A stretch of 64,000 nucleotides of DNA from Candidatus Latescibacterota bacterium (GCA_965217585.1 OZ244561.1:3008001-3072000); one strand, 5' to 3'. Positions 35,615 to 46,234 are shown, counted from the stretch's first letter. Notes: a model not told the origin generated them from the letters alone. Program-made: numbers and translations.

Positions 35615-36217
35615 CTAGTCGGGAGCGGCCGCGGATTTTTCATAGGGTCGGATAAAGGATTCAGGCTCGACGCCTAAGGCCTCTGCCACGCGGTTTATAT
35701 AGTTGAAATAGCCGATGATTTGGACTGCGTCGTGGATGCCGCGATCGTCAAAGCCGTGCTGACGCAATTGGTCGATGTCCGCAGCGGTTGAGTCCTGGGG
35801 TCGCCGGGTCAGTTTTTCGGCAAAGGCGCATAGGGCTTGGTCGGCCGGGGACAGGTCGGCTTGGCGCCAGTCCGCGGATAATTGATGTACCAGCCGGTCG
35901 GCCGAAGGCCCTTCTTCAACGGCAAAATCGCGAGCGACCTCAGCCCGGAGGTCGTGGGCGTGGGCGCGTATTCAGTACACGCAGTGATTCGTGGCTGAAA
36001 CGACTACGGCCAGCATTTCGCGCTGGCCTCGGCTCAGGGGCGAGGGGCCGTACATGATGGCCCCGTAAAAATCCAGTGAGGTCTTCATAGCCCGGGGGTT
36101 GAGGCTCATGATGGAGACAATGCCCCAAATGCGCCCGGCCCGAGCGAGGGCGGCTTCGTACTGCTTTTTGAGCAGGCCGGTGGCCCGTTTTAGGGGAATG
36201 ATGTCTATATAGGGCAT
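35615..36217 (-). CDS. AhpD/carboxymuconolactone decarboxylase-like peroxidase, probable selenoprotein (CxxU)
   Basis: NHCVY-TGA(35972-35974) continues in frame as IRAHAHDL...FAEKLT...FNYINRVAEALG to TAG at 35615, 200 aa in total. Confidence 0.88.
35935..35954 (-). promoter_or_regulatory. Putative bacterial SECIS hairpin
   Basis: CGACCTC-CGGGCT-GAGGTCG, stem starts 17 nt after TGA, G at loop position 2. Confidence 0.7.
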
Positions 36218-36375
36218 TTGTTAATCGCCTCTGTGACGGTATAACTGGCTGCCGACGGCAAAATGCGTGACATTGTTGCGAGTTTTTTGCTCTCAACCGG
36301 AGATCACTACCGCGTCGAAAAAGGGACGCAACCCCACCTAGCGCAACAATGCGCCATATAGAAGGAGCCGTTTCC

Positions 36376-37269
36376 ATGCCCATCCGCTTCGTCTTCCTCA
36401 CCGACACTCACCACTACCCCGACGCCCCCGAAGACTACGGCGCGCCCAAGATGCTCACCCGCAGCCAGGAGGTGCACGACGCGATTCCCTCTGCCCTCAA
36501 CGCGCAGGCTTTCGATTTTGTCGTCCACGGCGGCGACTTCCTCTGTGGCGGGTCGTCCTTCGACCTGCCCACCGAGACCTATTTGCGCTCGATTGACGAG
36601 GCGGCTACGGCCTTCGCGCGGATTGAAGCCCCTTTCTACTCAATCCCCGGCAACCACGACTGCGACGCCCAGAGCGGATCCTTCGACGGTTTTGCCGCCC
36701 GCTTTCCCTATCCCGACCCGCTGATCGTCGTCGATGCCGCGCCGCGCCTGCGCTTGGCACTGGCCAATGTCTTCCACGACTGCGATGTCTTTGAGAAAGG
36801 GTCTGGCGTCTGGACCGACGTCTTGGATGAGGCTCTGCGCGCTGCCGCTGCTCAAGCTCTAGCCGATGGCTGTGCCCTGCTGCTCGTTCTCCACACTTGG
36901 GTTCTGCCCGAGTTCTCTTGGGACCACGGCGTGGTCGAAGGCGCGCCTCGTCTGGTCAAAACGCTCGACGAAAGCCCTGCTATCGTCGCTGCCTTCACCG
37001 GCCACCGCCACATCAACCGCATCACCGCCTACCGCGACTATCTAGTCGTCGATACGGCCTGTCTGATCGGCTTCCCCTTGGGGTATCGCAGCGTTGTGCT
37101 CTCTGACGATGGCTTTTTCAAGACGCGCTTCCACACTCTCGACCTGCCCGATCTACTACAAGCTTCCTACGACCGCTCGACGCCCGAGGAGAACCGGGTC
37201 TGGGAAGGTCACATCTTCGACCGGGACGTGGAGATTCTGGTGCCTCGGCTCAGGGCGCTGTGGGGTTGA
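36376..37269 (+). CDS. Calcineurin-like metallophosphoesterase
   Basis: DTH, GGD, GNHD, GHRH; AAGGAG RBS. Confidence 0.9.
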   Translation: MPIRFVFLTDTHHYPDAPEDYGAPKMLTRSQEVHDAIPSALNAQAFDFVVHGGDFLCGGSSFDLPTETYLRSIDEAATAFARIEAPFYSIPGNHDCDAQSGSFDGFAARFPYPDPLIVVDAAPRLRLALANVFHDCDVFEKGSGVWTDVLDEALRAAAAQALADGCALLLVLHTWVLPEFSWDHGVVEGAPRLVKTLDESPAIVAAFTGHRHINRITAYRDYLVVDTACLIGFPLGYRSVVLSDDGFFKTRFHTLDLPDLLQASYDRSTPEENRVWEGHIFDRDVEILVPRLRALWG

Positions 37270-37322
37270 ATGGGGCGACTCAGCGACTGCTCTATAAAAC
37301 CTTATCGCAATAGTCTGCTCAT

Positions 37323-38801
37323 TCACTCTCGGCCACCATAGCGGTTTAATAGCTCGGCTGTCTCAGTAGCATTGTGTTCCGTCGCAATGTGTAGTGGTGT
37401 CAGGCCATCGTCGCTCTCAGCGTTGACCTCGGCTCCCTGCTTAAGCAGCAGTTCGGCTGTCGCAGCAGCATCCGTCTCTGCCGCATTGTGCAGTGGCGTC
37501 AGCCCCTTGTCGGTTTTGGCGTTGATGTCGGCCTCTTGCTCGATCAACAATTGGGCTATTTCGGTTGCATTGTGTGCCGCCGCATAATGCAGCGGTGTCC
37601 AGCCCTTGTCGGCTTTGGCGTTGATGTCGGCTCCTTGCTCGATCAACAATTGGGCTATTTCGGTTGCATTGTGTACCGCCGCATGGTGCAGCGGTGTCCA
37701 GCCCTCGTCGGCTTTAGCATTGATGTCGGCTCCTTGCTCGATCAACAATTGGGCTATTTCGGTTGCATTGTGTGCCGCCACATGGTGCAGCGGAGTCAGC
37801 CCCTTGTCGATTTTAGCATTGATGTCGGCCCCTTGCTCGATCAACAATTGGGCTATTTCGATTGCATTGTTTGCCGCCGCATCGTGTAGTGGCGTCGATC
37901 CCCTGTTGCTCTTGGCGTTAACGTCGGCCCCTTGCGTTAGTAAGAGTTGGGCTATTTCGGTTGCATTGTTTGCCGCCGCGTTGTGCAGCGGTGTCCAGCC
38001 CTCGTCGGCTTTGGCGTTTATGTCGGCCCCTTGCTCGATCAACAATTGGGCTATTTCGATTGCATTGTGTACCGCCGCATGGTGCAGCGGTGTCCAGCCC
38101 TCGTCGATTTTAGCATTGATGTCGGCCCCTTGCTCGATCAACAATTGGGCTGTTTCGATTGCATTTTTACACGCTGCATTGTATAGCGGTGTCCAGCCCC
38201 CGTCGATTTTAGCATTGATGTCGGCCCCTTGCGTTAGTAAGAGTTGGGCTGTTTCGGTCGCATTGTTTGCCGCTGCATGGTGCAGCGGTGTCCAGCCCCC
38301 GTCGATTTTAGCATTGATGTCGGCCCCTTGCGTCAGTAAGAGTTGGGCTGTTTCGGTCGCATTTTCCCACGCTGCACTGTGTAGTGGCGTCCATCCCCTG
38401 TTGCTCTTGGCGTTAACGTCGGCTCCTTGCGTTAGTAAGAGTTGGGCTGTTTCGGTTGCATTTTCCCACGCTGCATAGTGCAGCGGTGTCCGGCCATCGT
38501 CGATTTTAGCATTGATGTCGGCCCCTTGCGTCAGTAAGAGTTGGGTTGTTTCAGTCGCATTGTTTGCCGCCGCATGGTGCAGTGGTGTCTCATCCTCGCT
38601 GTTCTTGGCGTTGACGTTAGCTCCCCATGTTATTAACAGTTGGGCCGTTTCAGCCATATTGTTTGCTGCTGCCCAGTGCAGTGGTGTCTTATCGGCCTTG
38701 ATACTGGCGAACAACACGAGGCCAATGACCAAGAGCACCACTATGCCCAAGACCTTGGCCAATCGCCGGGCTTTAGTCTTTTTTGGCGGTCCGTTGCTCA
38801 T
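37323..38801 (-). CDS. Membrane-anchored/exported ankyrin repeat protein (14 repeats)
   Basis: Basic N-terminus and TM helix, then 14 TPL(H/Y)-type 33-aa repeats (99-bp DNA repeats). Confidence 0.95.
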   Translation of the reverse strand: MSNGPPKKTKARRLAKVLGIVVLLVIGLVLFASIKADKTPLHWAAANNMAETAQLLITWGANVNAKNSEDETPLHHAAANNATETTQLLLTQGADINAKIDDGRTPLHYAAWENATETAQLLLTQGADVNAKSNRGWTPLHSAAWENATETAQLLLTQGADINAKIDGGWTPLHHAAANNATETAQLLLTQGADINAKIDGGWTPLYNAACKNAIETAQLLIEQGADINAKIDEGWTPLHHAAVHNAIEIAQLLIEQGADINAKADEGWTPLHNAAANNATEIAQLLLTQGADVNAKSNRGSTPLHDAAANNAIEIAQLLIEQGADINAKIDKGLTPLHHVAAHNATEIAQLLIEQGADINAKADEGWTPLHHAAVHNATEIAQLLIEQGADINAKADKGWTPLHYAAAHNATEIAQLLIEQEADINAKTDKGLTPLHNAAETDAAATAELLLKQGAEVNAESDDGLTPLHIATEHNATETAELLNRYGGRE

Positions 38802-39018
38802 TTCGTTTCTCGCAATTGGGTGGTAGTGTCTAGTGGTATTGGTGTCTGCGTTGGGTTTTTGCTATTGCTCTCTTGAGCCGACATTTGCTTTGCGCGATGG
38901 CTCCCTGATGTCTAAAACATATTATAGTATAGATGTCGGTTGAAGTTCACGGCAAGCGTCGGTGCCGCGTTGCGGAGACTGTAACTTAAAATCACATCTT
39001 TCTCTGAGGAGTAATCCC

Positions 39019-39825
39019 ATGAGCCGCGATCTCCCCCGGACAATTTTAGGCCGCACCAATCTCGAGATTACCCGATTCGGCATCGGCGGCACGTATTGCG
39101 AGTCGGTCGATGGATACAGGGCGGCGCTCGATTGCGGCGTTAACTACGTCGATACGGCACGCAGCTATCAGGGCGGTGAAGACGAGAAGTTGATCGGCCA
39201 AGCGATCGAGGGCCGGCGCCACGATCTCATCATAGCCAGCAAATCCGCGCGGCGCGACGCCGCAGGGGCGCGCGAAGAGTTGCAAACCTCTTTGCGCGCG
39301 CTCAAAACAGACTATCTCGATATTTTCCAGCTCCACCACTTAAACACTGAAGAAGAACGCAACCAAGCGCTGGGCCCCGGCGGAGCATTAGAAGCCGCCC
39401 AACAAGCCCGCGAAGAAGGCCTAGTGCGCTTTATCGGCGTCACCGGACACGATTGGGTGCAAGTGGAACAGGCGGTCCGCACCGGCCACTTTGATACTGT
39501 ACTTTGCTGGTATAATTGCGCGATGAAAGAGCCGGAAGAAACGGTTTTTCCCGCAGCGCAGGCCGCCAAGACGGGCGTGGTGATCATGAACGCCTCGCGC
39601 AACGAGAGGTTGCTAAAAGGCCCCGGCGCGCCCGCCCCTGAACAATTCTATCGCTACGTGCTCAGCCACGACGCCGTGCATACCACGGTCATGGGTTTGC
39701 GCAATGTCGATCTCTTCGCACAAGTTGCCGCTGGTTTGTCGGAGCGCGAGATACTCACGCCCCAAGAGCGGGCTGAGCTTGAGTCCTATGGAGCACAACA
39801 GCGGGCGTCCGGGGTGCTGGAATGA
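39019..39825 (+). CDS. Aldo/keto reductase
   Basis: LGRTNL, DTARSY, SK, SL..LKTDYLD..QLH. Confidence 0.9.
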   Translation: MSRDLPRTILGRTNLEITRFGIGGTYCESVDGYRAALDCGVNYVDTARSYQGGEDEKLIGQAIEGRRHDLIIASKSARRDAAGAREELQTSLRALKTDYLDIFQLHHLNTEEERNQALGPGGALEAAQQAREEGLVRFIGVTGHDWVQVEQAVRTGHFDTVLCWYNCAMKEPEETVFPAAQAAKTGVVIMNASRNERLLKGPGAPAPEQFYRYVLSHDAVHTTVMGLRNVDLFAQVAAGLSEREILTPQERAELESYGAQQRASGVLE

Positions 39826-40003
39826 GTGCTAACAGCGAGAACAGGATGGTTAAGCTGTTCACTAGCCAACCTTTTCTCAGAACAGCGGCTCATTATGTAT
39901 GGTTTCCGATTGGACGTTGTGTTCTTTAAAAACGACGTACTTGATGTATAAGAAAAATACAGTAAATTTCTGACAGTCTATCAAAAACGGAAGCGAGAAA
40001 GAT

Positions 40004-40636
40004 GTGAGCGAAATGACTCATATGGCCGACAAGATCATGAAGAGAGTGTCCGCACACGGTAGGGGCAGGTGGGTGTGCACACCGAAGGACTTCCTAGACC
40101 TCGGCAGCCGTGAAGCCGTTGACCAAGCCTTGTCGCGTCTCGTCAAAGCGGATCAGCTACGCCGGGTCGGCCACGGGCTGTACGATATGCCTAGGATGAG
40201 CGACGTCCTGAAGCGGCCCGCGCCAGTCGATCTTGATGCCTCCATAGCAGCGCTCGCAAGAAGGGACGGTGTCCGTATTATGCCCGATGGCTTGGCGGCT
40301 GCGAATCAGCTTGGGCTCACCAACGCGCTACCTGCTAAGGCATCTTACGTGACGGATGGCTCCTCAAGGACGGTCAAGATCGACGGACGAACGGTCCGGT
40401 TCCGCCATGCGGGGCCGAGCGTCATGCAGTGGGCGGGAAAGCCGTCGGCACCGGTGGTGCAAGCGTTGCGCTGGCTTGGCCCAGAGGCTGCTGCCGACGC
40501 GCAGGTCGTTTCGATTTTGAGTCGCCATCTTCCCGACGCGGTGAAGCGCGATCTGTTCCAAAACAGCCGGCACCTGCCCGGTTGGGCGCTGCCGCTGGCA
40601 CGCAGTATCACGGCTGATCAGGCCGTTGCCGTATGA
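40004..40636 (+). CDS. DUF6088 / AbiEi-type type IV antitoxin
   Basis: FLDLGSREAVDQALSRL, RVGHGLY, ANQLGL. Confidence 0.85.
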   Translation: MSEMTHMADKIMKRVSAHGRGRWVCTPKDFLDLGSREAVDQALSRLVKADQLRRVGHGLYDMPRMSDVLKRPAPVDLDASIAALARRDGVRIMPDGLAAANQLGLTNALPAKASYVTDGSSRTVKIDGRTVRFRHAGPSVMQWAGKPSAPVVQALRWLGPEAAADAQVVSILSRHLPDAVKRDLFQNSRHLPGWALPLARSITADQAVAV

Positions 40637-41023
40637 GTGGAACCTTCGAGACCTTCCCCACCCTTTCGGAACAAGACAAGCGGGACGTGTTCGAAGCGTC
40701 GGCGAGCCGACTTGATACGTTGCCCAGTTACGTAGAAAACGACTTCTGGGTCTGTCTTGTCCTCGATGTGCTCTACAACCGGCTGCCCGACGGGCATCCG
40801 AAACTGCTTTTCAAGAGCGGGACCTCCCTGTCCAAGGCATTTGGGCTTATTCGGCGGTTCTCTGAAGACATCGATCTCGGTGAGATTGGTTCCACAGGCG
40901 GCTCTGCGCACAGTGATTGAGCGGGATTACGTAGCCATGCAGGGGATGATCCTCGGGGATGTTCCGACTTTCGGATGGGTCGTGGAACAGCTTCAGCGGG
41001 CCGAGGCCACGATCAACGAATGA
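40633..41023 (+). pseudogene. AbiEii nucleotidyltransferase toxin with large internal deletion
   Basis: N-terminal E.DFWV...FK.GTSLSK...RFSEDIDL joined out of frame to C-terminal-like RDYVAMQGMI...INE*. Confidence 0.85.
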
Positions 41024-41025
41024 AA

Positions 41026-41110
41026 TTGCGCTCGGCTCGCAAACGCCTACGAGAGGAGATGCTGAAGATGGCTAAACGGGAATTGCAGGGATAAGCCCCT
41101 TCGCACGACG
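41026..41110 (+). pseudogene. Fragment of ECF sigma-ankyrin gene
   Basis: 79/85 nt identical to 49607-49691, with an in-frame TAA. Confidence 0.85.
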
Positions 41111-41118
41111 GGTAGCCA

Positions 41119-42654
41119 TCAATGTAGGCTGGCGATAAAGGCATTGAGAAACGGCAAGAGTACACCCACCAAAGCTCCCAGTACCGCCCCCAGCAAATTG
41201 ATATAGCGCAATTGGTCGCTGATGATGTCCTTGATTAGACGCTCCACCCGCAACAGATCGAACTTCATAATTTTGGCGTATACCATGCTTTGGATATCGA
41301 ATCGTTCAATCAGTACGGGTACATTCGCCTCCAGTAGCTTTGTCGCCTTTTCCTGTGTCCACTGAACTAGCGCTTGCTCATCATCTTGTCTCAGGCCGGT
41401 CCACTCCCGCAACGGCGCACGGCTGTGCTGTAGGCGTTCCCGCAAGAAAGTGCTCAACAGCACACTCCAGGGTTCAATCTTATCGCGGGGCAACCGCAAC
41501 GCCTTTGACAAGCGCTGGCGCATGGTGCGTCGCACCCCCTCTGGCACCACCTCGTCGAGTTGACGCTTGCTGTGCTGATGGTACTGGTGGCGCAAAAAGC
41601 TCCCCAGCGCCTCCTGCGCTTCCGTGCTTGAAATCCAAGTCGCGGTAATAGAACCAACGCGCTGGGCCAAAACATGGCGGTGATCTCCTACCACCTCTAC
41701 TACTGGCTTGTGCAATAAGGCGTTGACACTATCGAGTAGCTGTCTAGCGATCTGCTCCCGAACTTCCTCGCTGTGCAAGTACTCCCGGGCCAGTCGGGGA
41801 ATGCGCTGATGCAATGCTTGGGTGATCTCTTCGCGGAAAAAGTGCAATCCCAAATTGGTGATCAGACTCTTGAGCCAATTCGCTTGTCCGGCGTATGCCT
41901 CCAGGGCTTTTAAGATTCGCTCGACCAGAGATTCCACATTCTCGGGATCCCTCAGCCAGCGGGCTATACGCTCCAGTATTTCTGGGATTTCGCGCTGCAA
42001 ACGATCGTGTAATACATCGCGCAATTCCGCAGGGAGGATTTTCTCTATCGGCGTATCCGATCCGAGATAGCCCTCCAATCGCTCCTGCAGGGAATGCGTC
42101 AGGTGCTCTCGCGTTTCCCGCTTGGCCAATACGCCGCTAACCGCTGAGATGAATTCATCGAGTTGCTCTGCCGACAGCACCTGTCCGACTTGCAGCGTGC
42201 CCAAGCGTGCTTCCAGCGCGTCCAAAAGCCACTGCTTTAACTCCAGTCCCGACTCGCTTTCGCTCCAGTCGGCGCTCCATTCGAGCAATCGTCGCGTTGT
42301 TTTATCCAAGCCCTCCTCGCGCCAGTCCGGCGGCAATTGAGCGAAACCAGAAGCCAGACTGGCACTTAATAACCGATCTATCTGAACGGCGACAAAGCGA
42401 TGCAAACTCTCCTGCAAAGTCGCGTTCTGTAGCTGCTCTAACAAATAGTCTCGGGCCAATAAATCGGTCCCTACAACCCTAGAGATGTTGACGGCGAGTT
42501 TCTTCTTATTGCGCGGAATGACCCCTTGCCAGCCTAGGCTGTACCAGCGCGGTCGCAGTGGACGGAACAGCGACTTGATGGCCAGCCAGTTGGTGCCAAA
42601 ACCGATTAGCGCCCCCAGCGCGGCGCTGGCGACGATTTGGCTTGTAGTGATCAA
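41119..42654 (-). CDS. DUF445 (YheB-like) membrane-anchored protein
   Basis: IGFGTNWLAIKSLFRP, QGVIP; C-terminal QLRYINLLGAVLG. Confidence 0.88.
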   Translation of the reverse strand: MITTSQIVASAALGALIGFGTNWLAIKSLFRPLRPRWYSLGWQGVIPRNKKKLAVNISRVVGTDLLARDYLLEQLQNATLQESLHRFVAVQIDRLLSASLASGFAQLPPDWREEGLDKTTRRLLEWSADWSESESGLELKQWLLDALEARLGTLQVGQVLSAEQLDEFISAVSGVLAKRETREHLTHSLQERLEGYLGSDTPIEKILPAELRDVLHDRLQREIPEILERIARWLRDPENVESLVERILKALEAYAGQANWLKSLITNLGLHFFREEITQALHQRIPRLAREYLHSEEVREQIARQLLDSVNALLHKPVVEVVGDHRHVLAQRVGSITATWISSTEAQEALGSFLRHQYHQHSKRQLDEVVPEGVRRTMRQRLSKALRLPRDKIEPWSVLLSTFLRERLQHSRAPLREWTGLRQDDEQALVQWTQEKATKLLEANVPVLIERFDIQSMVYAKIMKFDLLRVERLIKDIISDQLRYINLLGAVLGALVGVLLPFLNAFIASLH

Positions 42655-42692
42655 TGGGGAACCTCTTATTTACCTCGGTGACAAAAATCGAA

Positions 42693-42743
42693 ATGGTTAA
42701 GCCGTTCACTGGCAAAGCGCAGACAGGCGCGAATATCTTCAGA
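42693..42743 (-). pseudogene. 3' remnant of a DUF433 gene
   Basis: 42711-42743 is 30/33 identical to 46019-46051; encodes SEDIRACLRFASERLNH. Confidence 0.75.
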
Positions 42744-42811
42744 AGCGTTCTTAAAACTAGGGTTTCGGTCTCTTACTTGGCCCCAAGCATCTGGGAACGA
42801 GGGCGTCTCGC

Positions 42812-42933
42812 CCTGCGGCTGGCACTGGCCAACGTCTTTCACGACTGAGATATAACCGGGTCTGGGAAGGGCACATCCCTGACCGGGACGCGGAGATTCT
42901 GCTGCCTCGGCTCAGGGCGCTGTGGGGTTGAAT
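42812..42933 (+). pseudogene. Internally deleted remnant of metallophosphoesterase gene
   Basis: 42812-42847 matches 36747-36782; 42854-42933 matches 37192-37271 including the stop. Confidence 0.85.
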
Positions 42934-43344
42934 TACCTTCGTCTTCTGAACTCCCGCCATTGCGATACCGCAACTAGGTAGTGTCGAAAAAACAAGTTGA
43001 AAAGTCGTCTTATACAGGCCAGATTTTCACCCCATGTCGCTTCGCAGTCGGACGTTTCTTTTTGGGCCACGGCAATCCGTAACTGGCATCCGAAAGAGAA
43101 CGCTGGAACTCTTTGAACGAGATCGTCAAAGAAACGTTCTCCATCACTTTTTTATAGAGCGTTTCTGCAATTCTCTGCGCAGCAATAGATTCCGAATATG
43201 AAACATTGTGTTCCCCAGTATGTACTAACGCCGAACGAGCACTATAAAGGGAACGGATATCTTTTGCGATTATAGCTCGGTCTTCAGCATCCGGGCTCAA
43301 AATCGTTGCTGCATATCGAGATATTGTTTGAATAACCGGTGCGG

Positions 43345-44610
43345 CAGGGCAATCGCATTATAAGTTGATTTTTACCATGCGGTTATGTTACTTTTGGCCG
43401 TTCTATGGAGATTAGCTTCATGTCCTCCCATTTCCCTCTTGCTCGGAGTGTTTCTTCATGCCCTCATCGTCTTCAGGGTTGCTGGATTATCTGGCCGATA
43501 TCCCCGACCCGCGTATGGAGCGTTGTCGGGCGCATCGCTTGATTGATATTCTCATGATTGCGGTGTGTGGCTCTATCTGCGGGGCCGACAACTGGGTGGC
43601 GATCGCCGAATTTGGCCGGGCTAAAACCGACTGGCTTAAGACGTTCTTGGCTTTGCCCAACGGCATCCCCTCGCATGATACCTTCGGTCGCGTGTTGGCC
43701 CGTATTTCGCCTTGGCATTTCCAAGACTGTTTCACCGCTTGGGTGCAATCGCTGATGCCGAAGTTGGCCGACGAAGGCGAGATCGTGCCGCTGGATGGCA
43801 AGACGCTGCGCCGCTCCTACGATACAGGCTCGGGCCAAGCCGCCATCCACATGGTGCATGCTTGGGCGGTAAAAAATCGGCTGGTCTTGGGACAATTCCA
43901 TGGTGAAGAAGCCTTGGAAGAAATCTCGATTATCCCCGAATTATTACGCGTGTTAGGCCTCAAAGGCTGCCTGGTCACCACCGATGCGTTGGGGTGTCAT
44001 ACGAGCACGGCCGAACAGGTCGTCGAACAAGAGGCCGACTATGTGCTGGCCGTCAAGGCCAATCAACCCAAACTCCACGCCCATCTCCAACAGCTTTTTG
44101 ACCGTTCCGACTCGAAACTCCACGCTGATCCCGCCGTAGATTATTGGGGTACTCAGGACGAAAACCACGGGCGTTGCGAAACGCGGCAGTACTGGACCAC
44201 CGACCAGATCGAGGATTTTGCCGGGCATGCCCTGTGGCCGGGCTTACGCCTGTTTGGTATGGTCGAGGCCACCCGGCGCTGCGGCGATACTGTTTCGGTC
44301 GAACGACGTTACTATATCTCCACGCTGGACAACAACGCCCAACGGTTGGGGCAGGCCGTGCGCGGGCATTGGGCTATTGAGAATGCATTACACTGGATCC
44401 TTGATGTCGTCTTCAACGAAGATCAGTCCCGCATACGCCGGGGGCATGGCCCCGAAAATATGGCCGTTATACGCCACATCGCGCTCAATCTACTCCAGCA
44501 AGACAAAACGACCAAAGCCGGCATGCAAACCAAACGGCTCAAGGCTGGCTGGGACCACAAATATCTGGCTAAACTTTTGTCGCATGGCCATTTATAATGC
44601 GATTGCCCTG
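43345..44610 (+). mobile_element. ISAs1 family insertion sequence, 1266 bp
   Basis: 19-bp terminal IRs CAGGGCAATCGCATTATAA; 9-bp TSD CCGGTGCGG at 43336-43344 and 44611-44619. Confidence 0.95.
43458..44597 (+). CDS. ISAs1 family DDE transposase
   Basis: DPR, GIPSHDTF, DGKTLR, DA, VKANQ, HWAIEN.LHW.LDV.F.ED. Confidence 0.95.
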   Translation: MPSSSSGLLDYLADIPDPRMERCRAHRLIDILMIAVCGSICGADNWVAIAEFGRAKTDWLKTFLALPNGIPSHDTFGRVLARISPWHFQDCFTAWVQSLMPKLADEGEIVPLDGKTLRRSYDTGSGQAAIHMVHAWAVKNRLVLGQFHGEEALEEISIIPELLRVLGLKGCLVTTDALGCHTSTAEQVVEQEADYVLAVKANQPKLHAHLQQLFDRSDSKLHADPAVDYWGTQDENHGRCETRQYWTTDQIEDFAGHALWPGLRLFGMVEATRRCGDTVSVERRYYISTLDNNAQRLGQAVRGHWAIENALHWILDVVFNEDQSRIRRGHGPENMAVIRHIALNLLQQDKTTKAGMQTKRLKAGWDHKYLAKLLSHGHL

Positions 44611-45746
44611 CCGGTGCGGTCTTGTCGTTGCTAGATAACAGAGACTCGATTGCCGTAAAAAAGAAAAGGAATCGTTCCGCACGATCCACTGTCTGGCGTC
44701 CGCGGGTAAGCCAGCCAAGCCCTTGGCTGAAGCGCTTCGCCAAGCTATTCTTGTGAGGGTTAAAGATTACCCTTGCTCTATCCTTGAATTCTTTTTCTTT
44801 AGTTATCGCGGCTACAGCATCATCGACAACATATAATCTAGGGATTGATGAGTTTGTTTTTACATTGTTATTGAGTATGTCGATTATGATGCCTTGATCA
44901 TTTACTTTTGGCTTGATCAGTGGCATTGTCTCAACTTCACCGAATGAAGGAAAAAAATCAACTTTCGATCGTGAATAAGAAAGACGAAGAAAACTGATGG
45001 CGACATTGATCAACCAAGCAGCCTCTTCTCTGACATTTCCCTCGGTTACATCAACAGAGACGTGCCAGCAAATTTGAGGCAGTTGAATCAGCATTCCGTT
45101 CGGACCTAAGAATATAGAAAACTCTGATCCAGACTCGATATTGTAGTTCAAATTGGGTATTAAATCGTCCGATAGAATTGCTTCTACTGGACCAATTTCA
45201 ATTTTTCGTGCCTGTTCATGGAATTTTATTAAGTGATTTGGAGCGACATATTTGAAACTACGCTTCGTATGATTACTGAGTGCGTCCAAGAAGCGCTTCG
45301 TAATGATAGATACCTCTGGAGCTGAATTATTTGCGAGACTTAGCGCGACTTGCTCCCAAGCCAGTTCTTCAACTTCTTTTTCGTTTCCTAAATTTGCTCC
45401 CAATAGCTTAACGCATCGAGCGACAAAATCGTATTGTGCTTTGAGAACATCGTCAGTCACTACGAACAAGAAGCCTTTACTAAGTCTGATATCTTCTTTA
45501 ATAAAATCCTCTTCATTAAGCTGACTACGGTGAGAGGCACATGCAGCCCGAAAAAAGATGTCTGCTTTATTCTTAAGTTCTTGGTCTGATTTGCACTTGT
45601 TAATGACTTGGTTGTCCATAGCTCACTTCTCCTGAGATGCCGGCTTAAAATAGTGTTCGATCTAGCCAGAGCTTGAAAGGATGTAATGCCGTCCGTGTAG
45701 AGATGTTCATGTCGGTGCGAAGATGTAATTCTGACACAGTTTTTGC

Positions 45747-45975
45747 TTACGGTATTGGTGTTAATTGAGTCTGCCCAGAGACGACCCACACCACATATCC
45801 TATGGACTGAAGCACGTCTTCTTTTTCGAGTTCTGGGTACGCTCCAAGACTTCTGTGACGGATTTGCCCCCGGCCAGCATTCTGAATATCACGCCTATAG
45901 TGATCCTCATGCCCCAACAGTGGGTCGTCCCAAGCAGGTGCTGGGATCGATAGTTATGCGGTCAAGATCTTTCAA
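45747..45975 (-). pseudogene. Frameshifted DUF433 gene, followed by possible DUF5615 toxin N-terminal remnant (45686-45737)
   Basis: LDRITIDPSTCLGRPT/MRITIG/YPELEKEDV across frames; then VSELHLRTDMNISTRT. Confidence 0.7.
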
Positions 45976-45985
45976 TTGATGACTT

Positions 45986-46207
45986 CTATCCGTTACTCTC
46001 CATCGCCGCACCCGAACAGGCAAACCGCAGACAGGCGCGAATATCCTCGGATTCAAGGTCTGGATGCTCGGCCAAAATCTGTTCAGTAGTCAAGTCGGCG
46101 GCGAGCAAATCCAGTACATCCGTGACGCGAATCCGCATCCCCCGAACACAGGGTCGTCCCCCGCATTGCTTGGGATTTACCGTGATGCGATCGGTTAGAA
46201 TAGCCAT
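45986..46207 (-). CDS. DUF433 antitoxin-like protein
   Basis: RITVNPKQCGGRPCVRGMRI, HPDLESEDI. Confidence 0.9.
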   Translation of the reverse strand: MAILTDRITVNPKQCGGRPCVRGMRIRVTDVLDLLAADLTTEQILAEHPDLESEDIRACLRFACSGAAMESNG

Positions 46208-46234
46208 AGCGGTCCTTTCTTACACAGTTCTATT

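Larger units (their letters stand above)
43010..45619 (-). pseudogene. HEPN-domain protein (ApeA-like) interrupted by ISAs1
   Basis: Removing the IS and one TSD restores a 444-aa frame: ...TAIESLL..KTAP|VIQTISR...LYSARSALVH (RxxxxH). Confidence 0.85.

Noticed and set aside
35972-36217. 81-aa ORF as a complete gene or nonsense pseudogene
   Set aside because: In-frame continuation, CxxU position and hairpin favour selenocysteine readthrough
37323-38801. Diversity-generating retroelement target
   Set aside because: No reverse transcriptase or non-coding template repeat in the window
44423-45619. 398-aa ORF as an intact gene
   Set aside because: Its tail reads into the ISAs1 element; the true C-terminus lies at 43010-43335
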